Source: Fimbriosthenelais zetlandica (taxonomy: Eukaryota). From it: a DNA stretch of 64,000 nt. The notes beneath the pieces were generated by a model. That model did no database searches. It was not told where the DNA came from and was given only the letters and a program-made list of their open reading frames with translations. The position numbers and the translations under genes are program-made. The stretch covers positions 6,262,001-6,326,000 of the forward strand of contig OZ365115.1 of NCBI GenBank assembly GCA_977030845.1, in the 5' to 3' direction. Each line of letters begins with the position of its first letter. The stretch's first letter is position 1. Positions 36,895 through 49,500 of the stretch are shown here, in pieces.

Positions 36895-38938
36895 TGAAGA
36901 AGACATTGCTTATCAAGCCTGTGAAAGAGAAAGGCGTCGGAAATGTGGAATGTTGGCCATCTATAGTTATCTTTGATTCCGCCTCTGAATATTCATTATC
37001 TCTGCTTGACAAGGGTGAAAGGCGGTGCGGGGTTTCAAATCCATTGGCAAATTAAAAAGGCTTAGATATTTATTACGCAGACACTCCCATACAAAGACCT
37101 ATATAATAAATGGATGGATCCCTTGGAATACTTTTATACCGTACCTTAGGCTTTATACTGAACGAAGTTGGCAAATTAAGATCAAAATTATGGGAAAATT
37201 ACATTGTATATAGGCCTAAAGCAGAAGGTACCTGCTTTTAATATTTCCTGTTCATGTATAATGGGCTAGGAGATGTGTTGCAGAATAATATGTTAGGCCT
37301 AAGCTGAGATAATGAAATGATGTGTATTCACATATCTGAATACATATAGCTTTAATAACAGAAATATTACAGAGAGAAAATGACAGAGGTGTGATCATCT
37401 TACATTGATGAATACGTGTACATGTAAATACCTCAGTACATGTAGGTATTATTTGACCCGCAGCAAATCAACATTTGTATACTACTCAGCAAAATATGCT
37501 GGTGCTGAATTATAAACGGCCTCTATCCTACAAAGCAATGATCAAGTTTGCCAACTAGAATCTCTAAGATTTCTTCTCTAAATACTTCACCAAATGAAAA
37601 TGACCAGTTTGAGGCGCCCCCTGGTTGGAATAAACCTCATTAGAAGCGGGCCTGGTGACCAACAATCTGAACGCCCACTTGATTACCTCTTTCAACACTT
37701 ACACACATCCCACGTGTAGAGGCGGTGAAATAAGGGTGGTAATCCTCTATTTTAGTTTCTTGGACCGAGGAATCCTTAAAAACTTGTACAAGCCACTTAG
37801 AAGTTGCTGCCCCTCACGCAACATCTCTTTGTTTCATTGTTTCTAGCTAAGGGGACGGTTACCAGGGCGATGTTTCTTAATTTAAACTGGGCTAGTGATG
37901 TCGTAAAGCGGCCGTTTTTTGGCAGGATGGCGGTATACGGCAGTAGTGTTGGGTGTGGGAGTGTTGAGTGCTGAATGATGATGGCAATGTGTTGAGTTAG
38001 GACGGGAACTTTACCACCCTGCTAATGACGCTAGCAGGTGTTTCACATGCTCATCAATTACACCATTCACTGACATTCAATGTTGTGAGAAAAACTGATT
38101 AAACCGGTTAGGGAATTGAGACAGTGAAGGACATAATTTTCATTGTTTAAATTTGAATTTATTTTTGAGTCAGTAGTATAGAATTTGGGTATAGGTTCAG
38201 GTTATGACCTGACTTGTTTTTCCTGCCTACATTTGGCTAGCCTTTTGGCAAATGCCCTGAAAGTCAAAAGGATGACTGACACCTCACTTGTCTTTCCTGC
38301 ATTCATATCAGTAACCTTTTAGATTACTGTGTTGAAAAGACCTTTCAGTGGGACAGAGTCACATAATCATTTAATGCTCCAGGATTAACCCCCTGTAGTC
38401 TCATTAACATGTTAATGACATGTTGATGTTAATTACCTCATGTCACACGTGTCTGGTCATAGAGGGGGATCACACTGTGGATTAACGCTATCTCTCCTCT
38501 AATCCCGCCATGCCTAATAGCCCACATTACTATTCATCTCATCTGCATAACAAAAACCTCCTTCATTCATTTTTTGTCCACCTTTATCTTTTCCCCCTAA
38601 AAATGTCAGTTTTCCATGAAAACTTGTTTAATATCCTTCTTCTAGATACTTGTTTTAGTTTTCTTCAGTTTTGACAATTTGGAGAGATCTAATAACTGCT
38701 AATGTGGGGAAAAGACATGATTGGTCATAATTGAGAAGACATTTAACGATAATTTCGACAAATCCAGTTGATTATCTCGAATCTTAGTTTGGGTAACCAA
38801 TACCATGACAGCGACCCCTGGACCTTATCGAGTGGAGAACAGATTTCTTGTGTCATTCCCCCGCTTCCCTTGATGGATATCTACTAATAACCCACTTTTG
38901 AATACCCCTTCCCGAAACCCCTTGGGAAAAATTAGATG

Positions 38939-39115
38939 ATCGCCATAGCAACCGCCCCCATGTGACCGGCATGCGCGCTACAAGTTTTCCCCCTTCCTTC
39001 AATGAAGAGTGGGATTAATAAATGAGGGCGGAAGTGGGAATAGTTTGAATGGTTTACTGCAGATATTTACGCTCTGAATCAGGCGATATCTGACCGGGAA
39101 TTATAGCCAATCAGA
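38939..39115. promoter_or_regulatory. Promoter-like cluster: X-box-like ATCGCCATAGCAAC, NRF-1-like GGCATGCGCGC, ETS GGCGGAAGTG, CCAAT box AGCCAATCAG
   Basis: Four distinct motif classes within ~180 bp. Confidence 0.45.
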
Positions 39116-42100
39116 ATGGCTGAGATATTTACTGCCTCTTATGTGGGTTCCGGGCTTTGTTCATTTGGGATGCCCGCAGGAAGTAATTGCCGATGAGATG
39201 TTTGATGAAGTGGGACTATTGCACATTTATTCGGAGCATGTTCTTTCCACTTGTTGTGGATGGCACAATAACATTTGAAAACATGATAATCAAAGGCAAA
39301 ACCGTGTTTGATTGACAAGTGTGGAGACCTTAGCCACTGATGATAAATGGTACACAGATTTCACTGTTTATGAGCACAGATCTCTGTCCGTTTGCTGGCG
39401 TGTTTGAAGCTAATGGCTCAGACAAAATACCCTTACTTTTTTCTGAGTGCTTGGCTGGCTTTTACTGGGTGGGCATGCGCTGTTAGAGCTAGGACACTTC
39501 CTGTTGCCGTGACGAGCCTCATTGTTATGGGAGTGGGAGCAGCTGATCATTGCTCTACAAGGGTACCAGTCTTTAGTGAGATCCAGCACAAAGAACCAGT
39601 TAATGGCGCTCAAATCTGTCCCGTTCTCACAGTCTAGGACCACTAGACCATCTCAGCCAGTAGAAAACGTGTCTCTGCTGAAATAATGGCTTTATTTGGA
39701 CCGTTAAAGTGCCCTCTCCTACAGTCTGAGCTTTCTGTCGATGGTCTTAGGTGCCAGGTCAAGTCAGGACTCTTCCTCCATGCTCAAAGTTGGCTGAGCT
39801 TCTGATTGCCCAGAGTCATCTTTGTCTCGGCTTTAAAACTATGAAATTCACAGGACTCGCCCACTATACATGGGAGTTAATTACTTAGAAACGGCCATGT
39901 CAGAATACATGTCTGTATAATTGAAATTTCTTTTGATATATTATCCTATAAATAGCATTAATCCATTTATGCATTTGGCCATGAATTAGCTTATCTCTGC
40001 ACCCTTTGAGCGGGTATACATCATTTGCAGTGATATTGAACCAGTATAGTTTATGGCATTTATCTATATTTAGATCTGTAATCAATACAGTGCACTGGAT
40101 GTATCTAACATGAATCAGACATCATCCATTACAGGCTCGGCTCATCTAGTGTGTGTTGGTGGTTGGGAGGCCCTATGGCTATATGAGTACTGAGTTTATA
40201 AGGTAGCCATTTAATCTATACATCACTCAATCACCTTCTATACGTGTCTCCACTCTCCACTGCTACATACAGGTCTATCATGTGGTCTGATCCTTGCGTA
40301 CTCATTTATCTTGGAATTTAATAGTTCTCTCCGCCAGCTCTATACGTATACGATTAAAGTGACTATAAAAATTGTATACCTTAATCAGTTCTGGATATAT
40401 ACATACATGTAGTAATATTGCTGGGACAACCTGATTAGGCTCAGGGATGCTGCAGCCCAGCTAATAAGGCTACTTAAAGTTGCATGAGCTCCTTTGCGGA
40501 CATGATGATACTATTTGACCCAGTGATAGGTCTGATGATCTGCCTCTTGCTGATACTGGTATAATATTCAATAGCAACTGAAATTCTATCAAGCTGAAAG
40601 ACTTTTTTTTTTTATTAGTGATCAGTTTTCCCTTCGAAAAGTTGTGCCAAAGGCAGTCTATAAGTGGGGGGAAATTATGCCGATTGTCCTGAAAGTTTGT
40701 TCATTTGCTGGCCACGTGAATGGATTGATTGAGGAGCGCTTAGACTGATTCACCCAGTCATATTGATTCCTAATCGTTGTGTCATATACGTGACCAGATT
40801 TAGCTCAGCCAATACCACCTCTGTAAGCAAAATAGAGCAACTCTGTGAGCAATAGGCAATTGAGGCCCTACTTCAGCGTGAGAGAGGTGGTGGAGGGAGA
40901 GGAGGGAGCTTGTTTGGTGAGAGATGAAATCTATCTGACTTATTGTAACGCTGTGCAAAGCATTGTGTGTGACCTTTGTCGAAGGCCTTGGTGGAATTAT
41001 GAGAGACTGATGGGGGAACTGACTCAGCCTAAAATGAAGGTCCATGGGATAGCAAACATCGTTAACCTAATCATTAAAAGGAGTAGTTAAAACTTCTCAA
41101 ACCGTCTCAACAGATGGGACAACATCTTTAAAAAAAATGCATCAATGCACTAATTAATTGCCTGATTTCAGGATTTTAGGAAATTGTATTGCAACTCTAG
41201 AAATTGCTTCATTTTCCTCCCTGTGGTAAAGTTATTCTGAAACAGCAAAGGCATTAGCAGTTCATAGGGATGCATTACAAGTCCCAAACCAAGAGCCTTT
41301 AGGGAGAATCTATGGGCCCTTCACTCAGTTGTCCCATCCAAATTTGACCTTCTAACTCGGTATGAAATGCTTGTCACCATTTGAGTCATTTATTTACCTT
41401 CACTTGCTGGCAAAGCGTTCGGCATCCATATTTAATTTCATACCGCTTTGTCCGCTCCAAACCAAGGGAGCTCTAAGTCAACAACATGCGTAGGCTGGTG
41501 GCTGCATTGCCTCGCTCCATTATAAAGGCAATATCACTGCCTCTTTAAAATATATTACAGAGAATTTTGGATAACTGAGAAAATCCAATCCCCAATCTTT
41601 GGTCTCTGCCAGTAGCAATTTTAAACAAGAGGGTTTTTCTTTAGCTTTTGTCAGACCTTCATAACTTATTTTATATAATAGTATTGAGAAGGAAGACCTT
41701 TAACATGAAAGTATGGTTCCATGTCTTTCATATCTTTCCCTTCGTTGACTTGTTCACCTCAGCTTTTAAAGCTTGTCATTCTCTTCCATCCTCTCGGTAG
41801 CATCCACTCCATATAGAGTGGTAAGATTAATAAGAAACCGAATAGTTTCTTATTGCCTAGAAGTAGTAGACTGAGATGAATACACTGGTCAGTGTAAAGT
41901 AACCTTGATTGACCAGTCATGTCAGGTATGTAATTCTACACTGACCACCTAAAGTTGACCCATACACAACACTGAAACAACAGTACCACACCTTAACTTC
42001 TTCTGCCTTAACCCCACCTCCTGCTTTAACGCGCCCTCTGATTGGCTGGTGCCATGTTACAGGTCATCTGATTGGCCAGTTCAGACAATGGCAATCCCTG

Positions 42101-43841
42101 GGAGAAGCAGTAAGGGGGTGGGGGTATGAAAGAGAGAGAAGGTGCAGATTGGCATGGGTTGTCCTCCTAGATGGAAAGGCGTGGGTGGGATTGAGACACT
42201 CTGTTCACGCACCCCCACCAGGGGGACACACACACACGCACGCACTTTTCCTTTAAGCCATGAGCAGCTCAAAATGTGAGTGAGTTGCTCGGGGATGGAT
42301 ATGACTTTGTAGTGACCACCACCACCACTAGTTGTAGAGCAGCACCACTGCCACCACTTGTTCCTTCTGTGAGAGCTGCTGCTCTTGGCACCACCATACA
42401 CAGGAGTAACATCCATCCAGGAGAGGCACAGGAGGACAGATTACCTGGAGTTATCATAGCTCACTGCTGCTGGGTGTCATACACCTGGCTAATCAATGGA
42501 TTACCACAGCTACCATGGCTGGCTTTGTTTGGATTAACATAGAAATAGTATAAACACCCTATAGCCTGGCTTCACCAATCCCTGCTGGATCTTCCTCACT
42601 GGAGGAAACTTGTTATGCACTCTTTGTTTCCTGGTGCATTTAAAATTGACCATCTCTGGCATTTGTCATCTGGAGGATACTTATTTATGTAAAAAATTCC
42701 CCCTCACTGATATTTTGTTCATTAGATATAATGATTTCTAGGTAAATATATAGATCGACCTTTGTAAATGTCATTGTATCATATATAGTAGGTCTATAAT
42801 GTCAAGGTGTCAATATCTCAAGGTATCAAGAATACTTTGATATACCTTGAAATATTCGCGTTACAACTATACATGGAGTTATTACATATCCCCTGGACAT
42901 TGCTGCTATGCAGTATTAGGCTGAGCCCCTTATCAGATAAGCACAATATTGGTTTGCACGAGACATGCTTGGGGCATTGTGTAAATTATTGAATGCATCA
43001 TTCTGATAGGAGGAGATAAATATTGTCAGCATATTCCAAAAGGCATCAGCTAGAAAGCTATGTGTATCTTTTATGTAGTACAGGAATGAGTATAGATATT
43101 GTGTAAGAAGCTTCCCTGCTATTGTCTAATCACTATCTGTAAATTAGATATTAATTAAAGAGGACAATGGGGAAGGTGGAGGTTGCCTTATATTATGGAA
43201 GTAAAGAATAACAATGGATTTGTGGAGGAGGCATAGAATAGGAGGCAATTTACAATCCTGGCCACCAATTAACACCTCGACCTTCTGCTAATTGCTACTG
43301 GCTTTGTGACAGTAGACTTGTTTTTTTGTGTCAACCTACCTCTGACACTCAAACCAGAGTGAGTTAAACTACTGATCCACTCAGTTCTTAAGTGGCCTAC
43401 GAACTCCTTAGAACATCCCTCAGACAATTCTCTCGTAGTAGGCTCGTGCAAGTAACGTGTACTGGATTTAGGTAATTATATGATTCTTGGGAGTTTTGTT
43501 AGGAAGGGGATCATAGGTGTCTTGTGGCTTTGGATGTAGTCGTACCAGACTGTTAGGAAGGGAATTTTTAAAGCTTAGGTGGCCATAAGACAGATCTTAG
43601 GGTATCATGCCAGTGGATCTGAACTTGCACTCTCCCACTTCGATCAGCGGCGACACAAAATTGAACCAGGCTTACTTAAAGGTACCTTTTCCTCTAGTGG
43701 ATATTGTGTTTCAAAACAATTATTTCCACCGATGGAACCCATCTTTTTTGTCTCTTCTAATGACACGTTGATGACAAAGTTAGCACATTTGGGTTTCGAT
43801 CAAAAGAAACTGTTATGGAACAGGCAAGTTTTAAATAACAT

Positions 43842-43893
43842 CTCTTTTGTGTTGAGGTATTGAAGTGCTCTTTTGTGTTGAGGTATTGAAGTG
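43842..43893. repeat. Perfect 26-bp tandem duplication
   Basis: ctcttttgtgttgaggtattgaagtg x2. Confidence 0.93.
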
Positions 43894-46517
43894 CAATCTG
43901 GAAAGCTTTCAACCTTGAAGGGTACTATGCATTTTGATTACTGGAGAGTTTAATTGAGAGTTTGATATAAATGCAGCATTAGCTCATTATTACGGCCTAG
44001 ATTGCTGTATTATACGTTTTAACGTATCATATATACTAATTCATATTTCAATCATAATTCATATTTAAAAATCATTTTCGATTATAAATTACATCCTAAA
44101 ATGGACAAATAACAGTGAGATATTTGCTGGTGACAGTTTTATCATTTGTGGAGATGGGTAAGATTTCCTTACCCTGACCTTTCCTGCCTCAGATTGCTTC
44201 ATTTCACTGAGAATTGTCTCATGTTTGTCAGGTGTTAGGAAAATTCCACAAGCTGTCATCTCCGTTGCTTAGTTTCACTATGATCTGCTGATACCTCAAG
44301 GATGTATTGCTTTATACGGTACCTAAAAGGTATTGCATTAGGCCGATTATGCCATCAGATTTAATTCTGATAAAATTCGATAATTTGTAAATCAAATGGA
44401 AAACTTATCACAAATAATGAAAAGTGGAGCACCTGTAGGATGAAGTAACTGGAGACAAATTGCCATCCGTGTCAATGATTTGAAGAAACACCCACACCCG
44501 ATCAGTTCATGACCTCCATTGACCTTTTACTTCCGGTCAAACTGAATCTCGCCTGAAATCTCGTTTGGCGAGACCAGACAATTTCAAAGAGAGGCAATCT
44601 TGCTGTAACCAGCCTTTTGTGTAGATTCACCCCTGATGATCCCGTTCAAATTAAATTGGATGTTGTTTTTTTTCGAATTTCTAACCCTGATAGATTATCA
44701 CGCATCAGAGCAATTTGTTTTTATTTTATTGCACAGTAGGAACTGAGGTCAGAAGAAATCGGTAGAACAACAAACGTTGCATGAAAATATAATGCAAAAA
44801 CATATTTTTTTCGGAAGGTTCTTGTTGGATGTCCAGAGGCTATAGATATAGAAAATTAGCCACCAGGAGGGCATGTTAGCTGCTCAAACTTCACTAAGTG
44901 GCTCTTTCAGGGTTACCTCTTCCCTGCAGCTAGACTGGCTAACGTGACTAAAATCATGAACAGGTTGCATCATATATGATCTATACAAATCTTTTTATTA
45001 AAGCTGGAAAAAATCTTCAGTGCATTGAACAGACTTAGCTTCCATAAAATGAGCTAGAACATTGAACTTTGATGCCGGGTATTATAAAAAGCTTTAGTGT
45101 GAAAGTTGTTAACTGGTTCCAAAAATACCTGAAATGGCCTTGGTGATTGGAAATCAGGGCTATTTGAAGCTGCAGCGTGTACCAGCTGATTCACACCCTG
45201 GCCCTGCTAGTTTCCTGTATCAGCCACTTGCAGGTCTGCACCTGCTTATAAGCTTTTATCATGAACGCCATTTACACTGCACGGGTCTTACTGTAGGGAT
45301 TTGTGTCGGTGCGTTAGGTCTATTCCTGGGTTAGATTAGTGTTAATTTATACATCATGAAGGTTGATTTCCTATTTGAAGTATTTTACTTCTTCACCTTT
45401 TTCTGATGTGGCTTCTGCAATTGGGCCACAGTACAGGAAACCACAACGTTTTCTGTGACTGATGAATTATGTGATAGAGTGACAATTCCTTGATGTAATA
45501 TAAATTGGAGGCTCCGATAGACATACAGTAAGAAGTTTGCCAGCTTATCTGCCAGGGCTGAAGGGCCTTGTAAGTCATTAGTAGCTTGGCTGGGACTTGT
45601 GTGTGTCTATCCCTGATACTCTACCCCTCTGCGTTCCCCTCTTTCATATACTACTTGCATTACGCCCTGAGTCAGCAACTTTTACCTCATTAGTAAACAA
45701 TCATGCAAGAACGCAAACACAGCATAACTTCTAATTGTCATCCCCCCTACCTTGAAGAGTTTTTACTCTAGTACATATATGATATACAAATTAGTTTTAA
45801 GTGATTGCCTCTATATATTATATATTATTTACCTCATTTCGCTGTGGAAATTGAAAGTTTTTTCCCCAATTTAAAGATTCTTTACCACAATTTTCATTTC
45901 TGTAATTAGGAAATAGTTGGATGAGGACATTATCTGTTTGGGATGATCTGGATGATATGATATAGACTAGTTTGGTCATCCTTTTATCACAATGCCTCTC
46001 ACACCTCTACTGATGTTCACATTGCCCGTTGGATCAGCATAATACTATATCTGAACAAGTGAAAGTGACGACCAAATTGCATGATGGAAACATCTCTTGA
46101 GCACCGGGAGTTAGTAAAATGAACCTCTCTGCCACCAGGTGTGGTTTTCCGGTCAGTCAGGACGTCATCTGATTGGTTACTTGAATCTTTTACTGTTTTG
46201 ACGATCCTCCACTAGAGGTCTCTGAGGGGATGATGGGACTAAGGCCCTGATATGGCTTCAACGGCTTCACACCTGGGTCTATTATGTCATTCCCGGAACT
46301 GTAGAGAATTCAGCTTCCCTCAGCATCACCTGTAAATCTTTAAGATTAGAAGTGTGACCAAGACGAATGATCGCTTCTGATGAACATTTAATGACTTAGC
46401 AGCCAATATAGACCCAGAGGAGACAATAGTACCAGTGGAATATAACTGATCATTACAGTGTTTATGAAGGTTAAACAGTGAATTGATATATACCCTTGGG
46501 ATTCAGGACTTTTGGAA

Positions 46518-46598
46518 ATGTACGACATGCCGAATTCTACGCCCTCTACCCCGTCTCCTATAGCTCTGTGGGATCCTGAACGGGTCTTCACTCTTTTG
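46518..46598 (+). CDS. Candidate internal alternative first exon MYDMPNSTPSTPSPIALWDPERVFTLL with a phase-0 GTAAGT donor
   Basis: aaATGt start, 27 codons, TTG|GTAAGT at 46599. In-frame stop upstream (46479). CRE-like gacgtca (46161) and CCAAT (gattgg 46171) about 350 bp upstream. Confidence 0.35.
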
Positions 46599-49500
46599 GT
46601 AAGTTGATGTAATTTTTGGTGTTGTGAGGTATTTTTGCTTTGACATTTCATATTGGGCCATGCAGTGTATGGCATGTGCTCTAAGCATGACATGGTATTT
46701 TTTTCTCATAACTTTGGAGGAAGGGGTAAGCATGGCGACAATGTTGATGTGGAGGTATGGGAAGAAGGAACGTCTTCCGTGGAAAGGAGGAAAAGGAGTG
46801 GATGAAAAGGGAAATAGTAAAGATTTTGGGATGAAAAGTGCAGGTGAAGGGGATAATATACTCATCTGGAAGCTGTTGCTGGCCTTCGTGGTTGTGAATC
46901 CATACATTTGGAGGTGGTGCGCCACCTGTTACAACATGGCGGAACTAGCGTCAGGTCGTGTTGATTATGACGGCCCCTGTACCGCTCACTAATGCCCCCT
47001 AGGGGGGAACACATGAGTCACACCCATCACAGCTTTTTACTCTCCACCCAAATCCATGTGTTTATTGAATTTATGAAACCGTTCCTGTGGTACATCAGCT
47101 AAAGCAATCCTGCATTTCTACTTTAAAAAATACCAGTTGTAAAAATGTATTGCTTTTTTACTCCTGAACAGATGCCCAAATATTATGGACATAAATCATG
47201 ATTTTTAGTTGGGCCCTGAGGAGGAGGGGGTTCACAAATATCATTATTGTCCAGGGTTGTAGTGGGAGTGGGTTAAGCCCGAGGGGGAAACCCCTATCTA
47301 CCGCTCATTAGCTGCTCTCCTCAATTACTTCCTGCTCACTCCTGCTCAATGACTTATAACTATGAGAATTAATATATCAAATGTATGGAATCTTTGTGAC
47401 AATGTAAATGAAAAATATGATAAATGATCCTATCTAAAGTATATAAATTTGAGTCAACATTGTGTTGTTTATTTTAATCTTCCTAAAAATCTGTTAACTC
47501 TTTAGGACTCATGGCTCACACCCTCCTGTCCAAAGTAATTACTGTTTGTTGATTGGTGTAAAACAAATTGTTCTGACTTGTCTTGCCGGAGACTACTGTC
47601 AATTATTCTACCAACAGTTTTTCCCTCATGTAACTCTTAACTTATGTAAGGGTCTTGGAGAGTGACTCACTGTTAATAAGGGAATGAGTTACCACCCAGT
47701 ATCACCACCCATATTTATCAGACTTGGTCACCGGACATGCATGATTGGCAGTAATTAAATACAGTGACTAATAACATTATAATTATATATTAACCTCATT
47801 AGCAAATCAATTATGAGGAGTCATTTTCTCATACTCTGACTGCCACAAAAATTATATTATTTTGCAAAGGATAGAACCTAGACCTGGATTTTGATAAATG
47901 TCTGTTGAATGAATTTATAATGTCTAAAGAAATTCATAAATTTATCATTGCCTAATTAAATAGCATATTTTATTATGAAACAGGCCTGTGATGGGCAACT
48001 TTGGGAGCAGAGTTTGAACTCTCTTTGTCTTAGAATCAACTCTAGCTGGGTTGGAAAGCTCGCTTTCAACACATTAGGATGGAGATTGCCATACCTTTGC
48101 CCTAAACCTTTCTTCACCACAGGGACGCCTGTAGTACTGTCACTCGGACAAGACCCATCCCCCGGTGTCTGGTGTGTTCGTGTACTCACAACTACACCTG
48201 GAATATGTCCATACAAGAATGGACAGTCCATTAAAGTAGGACTAGAGGCCATTTAGAGCACTAAGACTCAAAGATAAAGTGTGAGGGAGTGTTTGTTTAA
48301 GCGAGTATTGGCACGTACCCAAACATAATTAGTGTTCACTTATCATTAGGCCTATTGTTGAAAGTTGAGGGCGACATCATTGTCTTTACGCCTACAACCT
48401 GACACAAAAATGTATTCCGCCCAAGATTTGAACATATCCCATAGGGACCTACGATCGGATGATTTGCAATATTATTTTTGCGATTTGGTATTAAATATCC
48501 CATCTTTTATCAATTATCAAACTTTTCTTACACGAGTTAAAATTATGTTCCAAATATTTTAAATGTTTTTTAAAAGATTGAAAATAATTTCTGAAAATTG
48601 AAAATATTTTCTGAACGTCTCATTCACCCTGAAAAATAACTTATTGAATACGGTCTGTAGTTAAGGAAAGGGAGAGCCTAAAATAATTTATGTAACCCAA
48701 TAATATAACCCCATATGTCCCATTATTAAAAGCAATACAAAGAGGGAACAAATGGTCTTACCTAAGCTTCCAGGCTTACTGCCAAAGGCAAAAGGTTGAA
48801 CATGTGCTATGCACTAAAACTATTGCATAACTTACAATTTACGAACGCACCGCCTACCAGTCTACCAGTTTGGAGTACTATCCCCCTACACTTCTTTATG
48901 TGAGTGGGGAGAGAGCGTGGGTCTGTGTTCTTACCCTCTTTGTAAAACTTGGACTAAATACCTTCTGTAAACCAGCCTGGATTTACGTTAATCTACCCCC
49001 TCATTACGCCTCTATTTACGCCTCTCAGGCCTGGCGTACATACACCCCTTGTGGGGTATACATGTATATAGCGGGTTGACCGTTGGAGCTGGCAGTGTTT
49101 GGTTTTTGTATGGGGCACGTGGGGCTTGATTGTACATAGACCGGTGTTTCTCCAGCTTTACTACCCGGTGTGTTGTCCCTGTACCCGCACACACGTAAAC
49201 ATTTTACCCTGGGTGCACGGCTCAACCCCTCCTAGCCGAGGGTCAGTCTACCCCTCACAAAATCACCCCACAGACACCAGGAACTACCCCAAAACAAGTC
49301 CCCACCGACCACATTAGACATTGATTTGGATATTACGATTACAGTTAAAGATGGAAGTTTTGCAGTCAAATAACAACTCTAGGGTAGGTTGACTTTCCCT
49401 CATATGTAGGTGGTATATGACCAGGATTATAGTGCTAACATAGCCCCTCACCTGACTCAGGTGAATTCTTCACTAACCCGTCATTGTTTGGATATTGAAA

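Noticed and set aside
40845-41090. Protein-like 81-aa ORF (CDLC motif)
   Set aside because: No flanking splice signals in a compatible phase and no recognisable family.
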